Positions 9,633 through 17,601 of a DNA stretch of 64,000 nucleotides are shown one piece after another. Position 1 is the stretch's first letter, and each line of letters starts with the position of its first letter. The DNA is taken from NCBI GenBank assembly GCA_019650635.1, contig BOXE01000002.1, forward strand, positions 50,136 through 114,135, in the 5' to 3' direction. The notes below the pieces were generated by a model. It was given only the letters and a program-made list of their open reading frames with translations. It did no database searches and was not told the DNA's origin. The stretch comes from Alphaproteobacteria bacterium (GTDB lineage Bacteria > Pseudomonadota > Alphaproteobacteria > Methylaequorales > Methylaequoraceae). A program made the translations under genes and the position numbers.

Positions 9633-10496
9633 TTACATTAAATAGCTATTTTGTTTCATTAGGTTTGTCTCCTGCATTTTCCGTTTTTTTTTCTTCAGAA
9701 GCATTTGGTTGTGGATCAGCGGGTTGTGTTGCTGCTTCTGGTTTTTTTTCTTCAGGAGCACTTGGTTGTGGATCAGCGGGTTGTGTTGCTGCCTCTGGTT
9801 TTTTTTCTTCAGGAGCACTTGGTTGTGGATCAGCGGGTTGTGCTGCTGCTTCTGGTTTTTTTTCTTCAGGAGCACTTGGTTGTGGATCAGCGGGTTGTGC
9901 TGCTGCTTCTGGTTTTTTTTCTTCAGGAGCACTTGGTTGTGGGTCAGCGGGTTGTGCTCTTGGTTGTGGATCACGGGTTGTGCTGCTGCTTCTGGTTTTT
10001 TTTCTTCAGGAGCACTTGGTTGTGGGTCAGCGGGTTGTGCTGCTGCTTCTGGTTTTTTTTCTTCAGGAGCACTTGGTTGTGGATCAGCGGGTTGTGCTGC
10101 TGCCTCGTCTTTTGTAACTGAAGTTTCTTCAACTGCATTTTTTACTTCTTGTTTTGATTTAAGTTTTTCTTCTTTTGCCTTTAATTTTTCAAGTGTTTTC
10201 TTTTTTGGTTTGTCTTGTTTGGTTTGTTTCGGAATCGAAGGTTTTTTTGCTAATCCTTCGTTGGCTAAAAACTTTGTTACTCTATCTGTAGGTTTGGCAC
10301 CCACAGAAAGCCAATATTTTATTCTTTCAATATTTAAACTTATTCTTTCAGGGTCGTTCTTTTGTTTCATTGGGTTGTATGTTCCTAGTCTTTCAAGATA
10401 TCTTCCGTCTCTAGGCGATCTTATATCTGCAGCAACAATTCTGTAATAGGGTCTTTTTTTTGAACCACCTCTTGATAATCTTAGTGAAACTGACAT
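9633..10496 (-). CDS. rpsP: 30S ribosomal protein S16 with a long repeat-encoded C-terminal tail; frame shifted by a 1-nt deletion near 9973 (unshifted frame would stop at 9646..9648)
   Basis: The N-terminus [42 protein letters not shown] is canonical S16. The tail switches from the [19 protein letters not shown] repeat to [19 protein letters not shown], which is the same DNA repeat read in another frame. Confidence 0.9.
   Translation of the reverse strand: MSVSLRLSRGGSKKRPYYRIVAADIRSPRDGRYLERLGTYNPMKQKNDPERISLNIERIKYWLSVGAKPTDRVTKFLANEGLAKKPSIPKQTKQDKPKKKTLEKLKAKEEKLKSKQEVKNAVEETSVTKDEAAAQPADPQPSAPEEKKPEAAAQPADPQPSAPEEKKPEAAAQPVIHNQEHNPLTHNQVLLKKKNQKQQHNPLIHNQVLLKKKNQKQQHNPLIHNQVLLKKKNQRQQHNPLIHNQVLLKKKNQKQQHNPLIHNQMLLKKKKRKMQETNLMKQNSYLM
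9693..10117. repeat. tandem repeat, 57-bp unit, 7 full copies plus one 27-bp short unit, inside the rpsP 3-prime half
   Basis: The anchor ggatcagc / gggtcagc / ggatcac recurs at 9713, 9770, 9827, 9884, 9941, 9968, 10024 and 10081. Spacings are 57, 57, 57, 57, 27, 56 and 57 nt. Units differ by only a few substitutions. Confidence 0.92.
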
Positions 10497-10509
10497 TAAA
10501 TTTTCCTTT

Positions 10510-11889
10510 CTATTGTATTGGTTTATTTTTGTTAATTAAGCTTTGAATGTCGCCAAATTGACCACTATTCATAATACTATCCATGTTTTTATTTTTTCCC
10601 ATTTTTTTCATCATTTGACTCATTTTTTTAAATTGTTTAAGCAATTTATTAATATCTTGAACATTGGTGCCGGATCCTTTTGAGATTCTTATTTTTCTTG
10701 AGGCTTTAACTAACTCTGGGTGTATTCTCTCTCTAGGAGTCATAGAATTAATAATCGCTTTTTGTTTTTTAAAAACATCATTATTTTCCATTTTTTCTTC
10801 CATCTTTTCTTTTAGTCCAGAGAGACCTGGTAAGTATTTTAACACACTCTGAATTCCGCCCATTTTAGTCAATTGATCAAGTTGTTTTGAATAGTCGAGT
10901 AAAGTAAATCTTCCTTTCAGAAATTTTTGTTGCATTTGTTTAGCTTCTTGTTCATCTATTTCTTCGGAAGCTTTTTCAACCAAAGTGACCACATCTCCCA
11001 TTCCTAAAATTCTGTTTGCTATTCTATCTGGATGAAATATTTCTATGTCGTCTATTTTTTCTCCAGTACCCATAAATTTGATTGGTTTTTGGGTAACATG
11101 TCTCATTGAAAGTGCAGCACCGCCCCTTGAATCACCATCAATTCTTGTTAAAATTATTCCAGTTAAATTTACTTGCTCTGAAAAGTTTTTTGCTGTGTTA
11201 ACTGCATCTTGACCTGTCATAGAATCTGAAACCAATAATATTTCAGAAAAATTAAATTTTTCTGAAATTTCTTTTACTTCATTCATCATTTTAGTGTCTA
11301 TATGATTTCTTCCAGCGCTATCTAGAATTAAAATGTCAAAGTTAGATTTTTTAGCAGACTCAATAGCAATTTGAGCTATTTGTAGTGGTGACTTGTTTTC
11401 TTGTGATTCTAATGTAGCTATGTCGTTATCTGCTCCAAGTTTTATAAGTTGCTCTTGTGCAGCTGGCCTATATATATCGAGCGATGCCATCATTATTTTT
11501 TTATTATTGTTTTTAGTTATCCACCTTGCAAGCTTAGCAGATGTTGTTGTTTTTCCCGAGCCTTGAAGACCAACCATAAGAAAAAGCACTGGAGTTTTAG
11601 CGTTTAGTTTTAAACTGTCGTTTTCGGAACCCAAAAGTTCAGTAAGTTGGTCATTCACAATTTTTATAATCATTTGATCTGGAGAAATACTTTTTATGAC
11701 TTCTTGACCAATTGCCTTGGATTTGACATTTTCTATAAAATCTTTTGCAACAGAAAGAGATACATCTGATTCAAGTAGGGCAATCCTGATTTCCCTCATC
11801 ACATTTTGTAAGGTTGAGTCGTCAATGACACCACTTCCCTTAATTTTATCAAAAATATTTGATATTTTATTTGTCAGATTTTCAAACAT
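10510..11889 (-). CDS. ffh: signal recognition particle protein Ffh
   Basis: 459 aa with [15 protein letters not shown] and [13 protein letters not shown] GTPase motifs, plus a Met-rich M-domain tail. Confidence 0.95.
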   Translation of the reverse strand: MFENLTNKISNIFDKIKGSGVIDDSTLQNVMREIRIALLESDVSLSVAKDFIENVKSKAIGQEVIKSISPDQMIIKIVNDQLTELLGSENDSLKLNAKTPVLFLMVGLQGSGKTTTSAKLARWITKNNNKKIMMASLDIYRPAAQEQLIKLGADNDIATLESQENKSPLQIAQIAIESAKKSNFDILILDSAGRNHIDTKMMNEVKEISEKFNFSEILLVSDSMTGQDAVNTAKNFSEQVNLTGIILTRIDGDSRGGAALSMRHVTQKPIKFMGTGEKIDDIEIFHPDRIANRILGMGDVVTLVEKASEEIDEQEAKQMQQKFLKGRFTLLDYSKQLDQLTKMGGIQSVLKYLPGLSGLKEKMEEKMENNDVFKKQKAIINSMTPRERIHPELVKASRKIRISKGSGTNVQDINKLLKQFKKMSQMMKKMGKNKNMDSIMNSGQFGDIQSLINKNKPIQ

Positions 11890-11910
11890 TTCTCTCTAAT
11901 AATTTCAAAC

Positions 11911-11942
11911 AAAAAAAGCCAGTGCACGATACTCGTGGACTG
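11911..11942 (-). terminator. intrinsic-terminator-like hairpin plus T7 tract on the minus strand, about 20 nt upstream of the ffh start codon
   Basis: The minus strand reads cagtccacga-gta-tcgtgcactg-gc-ttttttt. That is 9 bp with one C.C mismatch and a 3-nt loop, followed by seven T. It is a local GC-rich island in AT-rich spacer. Confidence 0.35.
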
Positions 11943-12010
11943 ACTGAATTTATTAATTGTGTTTATATCAAAAAACAATTAATCCTTAAAGTAATTTATT
12001 TATAATTACA

Positions 12011-12844
12011 ATGACTGAATTTAAGTTTCTAAAAGCACATGGTCTGGGAAATGATTTTGTAATTTTTACAAAACATTCTAAATTAAATATTTCAAAGAAG
12101 TTAGTAAAGTTTTTATCCGATAGAAAAAAAGGAGTGGGTTGCGACTTGACCGTTTTTTTGAATAAATCAGAAAATAATTATTCTGATCTGGTTGCTAGAT
12201 TTTTCAATAAGGATGGATCAGAGGCAGAAGTTTGCGGAAATGCATTGAGATGTATAGGAAATTACTACTTTAAAAAATTTAATAAAAAAAATGTGACTGT
12301 TGAGACAAATTCAGGATTGATCGATGTTGAGAAAAATATCAGTGAAAAAATATCAGTTGATCTTGGAAAGCCTAATATTTCGTGGGAAAAGATTCCAATT
12401 AAAATTGATGTGGATACTCAAAATTTAGATTTTGATTTTGACTATCTCAAAGGAGGTTTTGCTGTAAATGTTGGAAATCCACATGTAATTTTTTTTGGTG
12501 ATAACCTTAATGAAAGCGAATTAAAGAAAGACTCGGAAAAAATCATTAAAACTAATTTTTTCCCAAATGGGGTAAACGTTAGTATTGTTAAAGTTTTATC
12601 CAGAAGCAAGGTAAATATCCTGACATATGAAAGAGGTGTTGGAATTACAGATGCATGTGGTTCGGGAGCTGGAGCTTCAGTTTTTGCCTCCAATAAATTA
12701 AATTTTTGTGATAAAAATGTTGAGGTATCAATGGCTGGAGGCAATCTATTTGTTGAAATAACAAGAGATGAGCATATTTTAACTATCGGAGAGGCAAAAG
12801 ATGTATTTGTAGGTCAAATTAATTTGAAGGACTATGTACTATGA
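12011..12844 (+). CDS. dapF: diaminopimelate epimerase
   Basis: 277 aa with AHGLGNDFVIF, VCGNALRC and ERGVGITDACGSGA (two catalytic Cys regions). Confidence 0.93.
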   Translation: MTEFKFLKAHGLGNDFVIFTKHSKLNISKKLVKFLSDRKKGVGCDLTVFLNKSENNYSDLVARFFNKDGSEAEVCGNALRCIGNYYFKKFNKKNVTVETNSGLIDVEKNISEKISVDLGKPNISWEKIPIKIDVDTQNLDFDFDYLKGGFAVNVGNPHVIFFGDNLNESELKKDSEKIIKTNFFPNGVNVSIVKVLSRSKVNILTYERGVGITDACGSGAGASVFASNKLNFCDKNVEVSMAGGNLFVEITRDEHILTIGEAKDVFVGQINLKDYVL

Positions 12845-14079
12845 AAAAAGAAGATACAAAAGTTATTAATCTAGGTTGTAGACTCAATTTTTTTGAGTCA
12901 GAAGTTATTAAGAATATTCTTAATCAGGAAAACTTAGAAAAAAAGATTGTCATAAACACTTGTGCTGTTACAAATCAAGCTGTTCGAAAATCAATTAATG
13001 AAGTCAAAAAGGCATCTAGAAAATTCCCTAACTATCAAATTTATGTAACAGGTTGTGCGAGTCAAGTTAATGAAAAAGTATTCTCAGATTTAAAAAACGT
13101 TCATAAAATTGTTGATAATAAAAGAAAAACTTTACCTGAAAGTTACACTGATCAAGAAATAAAAGAAGAAAAAGATTTTAATTTTCCTTTCTTAAAAGAT
13201 TTTTCATCGAGCCGCACAAGAGCAATGCTACAAATACAACAGGGATGTGATCACAGATGTACTTTCTGTATAATTCCTTATGGTAGAGGTGACTCCAAAA
13301 GTTTGCCATTTGATCAGATCAATAAACGAGCTGAGAGATTGATCGAAAGTGGTTATAGTGAAATTGTAATGACAGGGGTTGATTTGACATCCTATGGCAT
13401 TGATCTTCCAGGAAAGCCTAAACTTGGGAATATCTTGAGGAGATTGTTAAATTTTCAACCTAAATTAAGAAGATTGAGATTATCCTCAATTGATCCAGCA
13501 GAAATTGATGACGATTTGATGGATCTTCTATTGAAAGAAAAAAGAATACTTCCTCATCTTCACTTATCCCTTCAGTCAGGAGATAATTTAATTCTTAAAA
13601 GAATGAAAAGAAGGCATAATAGAGAAGAGGTTATAAAACTTTGCCATGATTTACGTCTCGTAAGATCTGATTTCACTTTTGGAGCTGATATAATTGTTGG
13701 ATTCCCTACTGAAACAAACCAAATGTTTAAAAATACATTAGAATTGATAGAAACTTGTGAATTTACAAACGTTCATATTTTTCCTTATTCACCTAAAGAC
13801 GGAACTCCGGCATCAAAAATGCCACAGATAAAGGAAGAAGAGAAAAAATTAAGAGTAGAGATTCTTAGGAATAAATGCAAAGACATTCTCCATCAAAAAT
13901 TAAATAAAGAAATTGGAAAGTCTTCAAGCATCCTTTTTGAATCCCACAAAATGAGTTATTCTGATGGATACTTTAAGGTTAAAACTAAGGAAAGTAAAAA
14001 TTCTATTAAGCCGGGCTCAATGGCTAATGTGAAGATTGTCTCGCGACAAGGAGATTCATTAATTGCTGAATTAAAATAA
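12841..14079 (+). CDS. mtaB: radical-SAM tRNA methylthiotransferase, MtaB-like
   Basis: 412 aa with N-terminal Cys triad spacing, the radical SAM motif CDHRCTFCIIPYGRG and a C-terminal TRAM-like region. The dapF-mtaB-ftsY order is typical of alphaproteobacteria. Confidence 0.85.
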   Translation: MKKEDTKVINLGCRLNFFESEVIKNILNQENLEKKIVINTCAVTNQAVRKSINEVKKASRKFPNYQIYVTGCASQVNEKVFSDLKNVHKIVDNKRKTLPESYTDQEIKEEKDFNFPFLKDFSSSRTRAMLQIQQGCDHRCTFCIIPYGRGDSKSLPFDQINKRAERLIESGYSEIVMTGVDLTSYGIDLPGKPKLGNILRRLLNFQPKLRRLRLSSIDPAEIDDDLMDLLLKEKRILPHLHLSLQSGDNLILKRMKRRHNREEVIKLCHDLRLVRSDFTFGADIIVGFPTETNQMFKNTLELIETCEFTNVHIFPYSPKDGTPASKMPQIKEEEKKLRVEILRNKCKDILHQKLNKEIGKSSSILFESHKMSYSDGYFKVKTKESKNSIKPGSMANVKIVSRQGDSLIAELK

Positions 14080-14081
14080 AC

Positions 14082-14993
14082 ATGGTTGTTGGTTGGTTTA
14101 AAAAGTTAAAGACAAGTTTATCAAAATCATCAGATAAGATATCTGGTGGAATAAAAAAAATCTTAAAAAGTAAAAAGATTGATGAATCCACCTTGCAAGA
14201 GTTAGAAGAACTAATGATTTCTTCTGATCTTGGAGTGGAGTCGTCATCAAAAATTATTCAAGAATTGAAAAAATCAAAATTACTCAATCCTAGCTCAGAA
14301 AAAGTAAAAGAGATTATAAAAAAAAAACTAAAAGAGACTCTTGCCCCTCTTGAAAAAAAGATTGACTTAACAAAAAATTTATTTGTTATTTTAGTCGTAG
14401 GGGTTAATGGAGTTGGAAAAACTGCTACTATAGGAAAGCTTGCTGATAAATTTTTAAAAGATGGAAAAAAAGTAGGAATGGTCGCAGCTGACACTTTTCG
14501 TGCAGCAGCAGTGGAGCAGCTAAAAATTTGGGCAGACAGAACGAAATCTGAATTTTTCTCAGCAAAAGAACTTTCTGACCCTGCAGCTCTAGCATACAAG
14601 TCGGTGATAACAGCAACAGAAAAAAAACTTGATATTCTTCTTATTGATACAGCTGGAAGATTACATAATAAAACTGATTTAATGAACGAGTTATCAAAAA
14701 TAATTAGAGTAATAAAAAAAATTGACGAATCAATTCCAAGTGAAACAATTTTAATTCTCGATGGGAACATTGGTCAAAACTCGATCAGACAAGCTGAAGT
14801 TTTCAAAGAAATTTGCGATATTGACAGTTTGATAGTAACGAAGCTAGATGGATCAGCCAAAGGTGGTGCTTTAATTCCAATAGCTGAGAAACTTAAGATT
14901 CCAATTTCTTTTATTGGAACCGGTGAATCAAAAGAAGATTTAGCGCAATTTGATGCTGATCAATTTTGCTCTGCTTTGCTTGGCATAGAATAG
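14082..14993 (+). CDS. ftsY: signal recognition particle receptor FtsY
   Basis: 303 aa with GVNGVGKTAT, DTAGRLH and TKLDGSAKGG. Confidence 0.95.
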   Translation: MVVGWFKKLKTSLSKSSDKISGGIKKILKSKKIDESTLQELEELMISSDLGVESSSKIIQELKKSKLLNPSSEKVKEIIKKKLKETLAPLEKKIDLTKNLFVILVVGVNGVGKTATIGKLADKFLKDGKKVGMVAADTFRAAAVEQLKIWADRTKSEFFSAKELSDPAALAYKSVITATEKKLDILLIDTAGRLHNKTDLMNELSKIIRVIKKIDESIPSETILILDGNIGQNSIRQAEVFKEICDIDSLIVTKLDGSAKGGALIPIAEKLKIPISFIGTGESKEDLAQFDADQFCSALLGIE

Positions 14994-16147
14994 TCTCTAG
15001 AAATTTTCCACAAATACGAGGGACTGCTGTCAGATATTATAAGTATATTACCTTCATGATCAATTTCAAAATCTCTTATTCTTCCAATTCTTTTGTCATC
15101 TTTTATAATTATTTCTTGGTCAATTATTTTGGGTCCCTCAAAAACTAATCTAGCTAATAATTTAGTTTTAGTAGCACTTACTATTAAATTTTCCTTCCAT
15201 TCGTAAAAGGTTTCACCTTTATAGAATTGAATATTTCCAACAGCGATTGATGGTACCCATGTAATTAAATTTTTGTTGTATATATCTTTAAAGTCTTTTG
15301 TTCCAATCTTTCTTCCAGAATATTCCTTTCCTCCCCAAGCAATATCTTTCCATCCATAATTTCCTGCAAATTTTACAATCCCAATATTATCTCCACCCAT
15401 TGGACCATGTTGTGAAAAGTATATTTCACCATTTTTTGGGGAAATAGCCATTCCTTGTGGATTTCTCATACCTATTTGATAGATCTCGGGTAACCAATCT
15501 TCAAAACCCAAGTATGCTGGATTATCAGTAGGTATAGTTCCGTCAGTTTTAATTCTAATTATACTACCAGGATGTTTTTGTGGGTTTTGAGCAATCATTC
15601 CTTTATCTCTTTCACCAAAACCCACAAATAAAAAATCATCCTTAATAACAATCCTTGCTCCCCAGTGTTTGTCGGTATCAAGTTTAGGTTTTGCTATCAA
15701 TAACGTTTCTAAGTCTACAATCTCGTTATTTTGAAGTTTACCTCGTGCTACAGCAGTGCTTGAGTAGTTTGATAATCTTCCTATCTTTGTTTTGTCATTG
15801 AAATCATGACTGTAGGTAAAATATATGTAACCGTCAGAATGTTTATAGACATCTAATAATCCACCTTGACCATGTCTAAATTCAATGTGTGGAATCTTAT
15901 GCTTTATTTTAAAACGGTCACCATTAGATGTATTGATCTTGAATATGTTGCCTTTTTTTTCAGTCACAAGAATATTATCTCTATCTAAAAATGTAATTGC
16001 CCACGGATAGTGAAATTTTTCTTGCGAAATTTTTTGAATATTGAGATTTATTTTTGATTTTTTGTAAGTTTTATAGTCACTAAAATCATTACAGTTAGAA
16101 ATTGAAAAAAAAAAAGTATAAATTAATAAAAAAAAGACATGTATCAT
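14960..16147 (-). CDS. secreted PQQ-dependent (soluble glucose/sorbosone dehydrogenase-type) sugar dehydrogenase
   Basis: 395 aa with a hydrophobic N-terminal signal sequence. Beta-propeller family motifs HGQGGLLDV, GMRNPQGMA and HGPMGGDN are present. Family recall is from YliI/sGDH-type proteins. Confidence 0.75.
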   Translation of the reverse strand: MIHVFFLLIYTFFFSISNCNDFSDYKTYKKSKINLNIQKISQEKFHYPWAITFLDRDNILVTEKKGNIFKINTSNGDRFKIKHKIPHIEFRHGQGGLLDVYKHSDGYIYFTYSHDFNDKTKIGRLSNYSSTAVARGKLQNNEIVDLETLLIAKPKLDTDKHWGARIVIKDDFLFVGFGERDKGMIAQNPQKHPGSIIRIKTDGTIPTDNPAYLGFEDWLPEIYQIGMRNPQGMAISPKNGEIYFSQHGPMGGDNIGIVKFAGNYGWKDIAWGGKEYSGRKIGTKDFKDIYNKNLITWVPSIAVGNIQFYKGETFYEWKENLIVSATKTKLLARLVFEGPKIIDQEIIIKDDKRIGRIRDFEIDHEGNILIISDSSPSYLWKISRDYSMPSKAEQN

Positions 16148-16200
16148 CTAGAAATATATATTAATTAGTAAAATTATATTAAACTTATTTTTTAATAAAA

Positions 16201-16653
16201 ATGGATAAAAGTTACTATCTCAAGAAGCATGGATATTTTTTAGAGGACTTAAAAATTAATCAGGAAGCCCATTACAAAAAAAAAATTTCTGAAAACGATA
16301 TCAATCTTTTTGCAGAGGTATCTGGTGATAATAATCCAATTCACATGGACGACAAATTTGCTCGAAGCTCAATTTTTAAAAAAAGAATTGCACACGGTTT
16401 TTTATCAGGAAGTTTAATTTCAACTGTTATAGCTACACAACTACCAGGCCCTGGAAGTATTTATTTGAATCAGAGTCTAAAATTTCTAGCTCCTGTTTTT
16501 ATAGGAGATACAATAACTGCAATAGTTACAATTAAGAAAATCGAAATTGAAAAGAGAAAAGTCAATTTATTAACTGAATGTTTTAATTCAAAACAAAAAA
16601 TTCTTACAGGACAAGCAGATATTTTAGTTTCGAAAAAAAAAGATTTTGTCTAA
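16201..16653 (+). CDS. MaoC-like (R)-specific enoyl-CoA hydratase, single hot-dog
   Basis: 150 aa with the canonical hydratase-2 motif FAEVSGDNNPIHMD. Confidence 0.85.
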   Translation: MDKSYYLKKHGYFLEDLKINQEAHYKKKISENDINLFAEVSGDNNPIHMDDKFARSSIFKKRIAHGFLSGSLISTVIATQLPGPGSIYLNQSLKFLAPVFIGDTITAIVTIKKIEIEKRKVNLLTECFNSKQKILTGQADILVSKKKDFV

Positions 16654-17601
16654 ATGAGAGTTTTTAGAACAACAAAAATTCCTCAAGAATACATGAATTC
16701 TACGATAGCAATAGGTAACTTTGATGGAGTGCATCAGGGACATCAGGCCGTAATAAATACAGCAAAAAAGAATTCAAAAACTAAAAACACTAAATTTGGT
16801 GTTTTGACATTTGAACCACATCCAAAATGTTATTTTAACAAACAATATGATTATTTCAGGTTAACCCCATTCAGAGAAAAATTTGAAATTTTCAAATTAG
16901 CAAAAATAGATTTTTTAATAAACATTAGATTCGACCAAACATTTCTAAATAAAACTGCGATATCTTTTATTGAAATTGATCTTATTAAAAACCTTCGCGT
17001 AAATACTGTTGTAACAGGATTTGATTTCGTTTTTGGAAATAAAAAAATGGGGAATGTAAAATATATTAATGATTACGTAAACAAGACAAAAGCTTTTAAT
17101 TTTATTGTTGTTCCTGAGGTGCGAAATCCTGATAATGTTGAAATCTCCTCTTCAAACATAAGAGCATTATTGAAAAAAGGGGATTTAGATCAAGCTAATG
17201 ATTTATTGACCCGAAAGTGGTCTATCACAGGAAACATTCAAAAAGGTGAAAAAAAAGCAAGGCAAATTGGGTTTAGAACAGCAAACATTAAGACTAATAA
17301 GTTTTGTCAGATTAGAAGAGGTGTTTACTCAGTAATACTTAAGATTCCAAAGAAATTTGGGGAGAAAAAACTCTTCGGCATTGCGAACTTTGGGATTAAA
17401 CCTACATTTAACAAAACAAACCCTCTGCTTGAAGTACACATTTTTAACTTCGAGAATGACATTTATCATGAAAGAGTAAAAGTAACTTTTTACAGGTTTA
17501 TAAGAGAGGAAAAAAAATTTGAATCAGTTGAGAAATTGAAGGATCAGATTATAAAAGACATTAATCAAGTTAAAAATGACAAACTATTCAAAAACAATTA
17601 A
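16654..17601 (+). CDS. ribF: bifunctional riboflavin kinase / FAD synthetase
   Basis: 315 aa with the GNFDGVHQGHQ nucleotidyltransferase motif and a C-terminal riboflavin kinase domain. Confidence 0.92.
   Translation: MRVFRTTKIPQEYMNSTIAIGNFDGVHQGHQAVINTAKKNSKTKNTKFGVLTFEPHPKCYFNKQYDYFRLTPFREKFEIFKLAKIDFLINIRFDQTFLNKTAISFIEIDLIKNLRVNTVVTGFDFVFGNKKMGNVKYINDYVNKTKAFNFIVVPEVRNPDNVEISSSNIRALLKKGDLDQANDLLTRKWSITGNIQKGEKKARQIGFRTANIKTNKFCQIRRGVYSVILKIPKKFGEKKLFGIANFGIKPTFNKTNPLLEVHIFNFENDIYHERVKVTFYRFIREEKKFESVEKLKDQIIKDINQVKNDKLFKNN

Noticed and set aside
9693-10117. Possible CRISPR array, suggested by the regular repeats
   Set aside because: The units are directly adjacent with no unique spacers. 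The period is 57 nt in frame with a coding sequence, and there are no cas genes in the window. It is a coding tandem repeat.
9665-10446. Three long plus-strand ORFs (150, 138 and 245 aa) with Cys/Gly/Phe/Leu-rich repetitive translations
   Set aside because: They are antisense to rpsP. They exist only because the 57-bp tandem repeat lacks stop codons in every frame. The translations are repeat read-outs, not independent genes.
14258-14770. 170-aa ORF antisense to ftsY. Similar shadow ORFs include 35742..36209 (155 aa, antisense to waaA), 1484..1841 (antisense to sdhA), 4991..5341 (antisense to leuB), 7042..7362 (antisense to leuC), 12442..12744, 24933..25250, and 47003..47236, 47893..48087 and 47987..48196 (antisense to coxA).
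   Set aside because: Each lies entirely inside a well-supported conserved gene on the other strand. Their translations are low-complexity or Ser/Phe/Leu/Ile-rich with no recognisable motifs. They are typical shadow ORFs.
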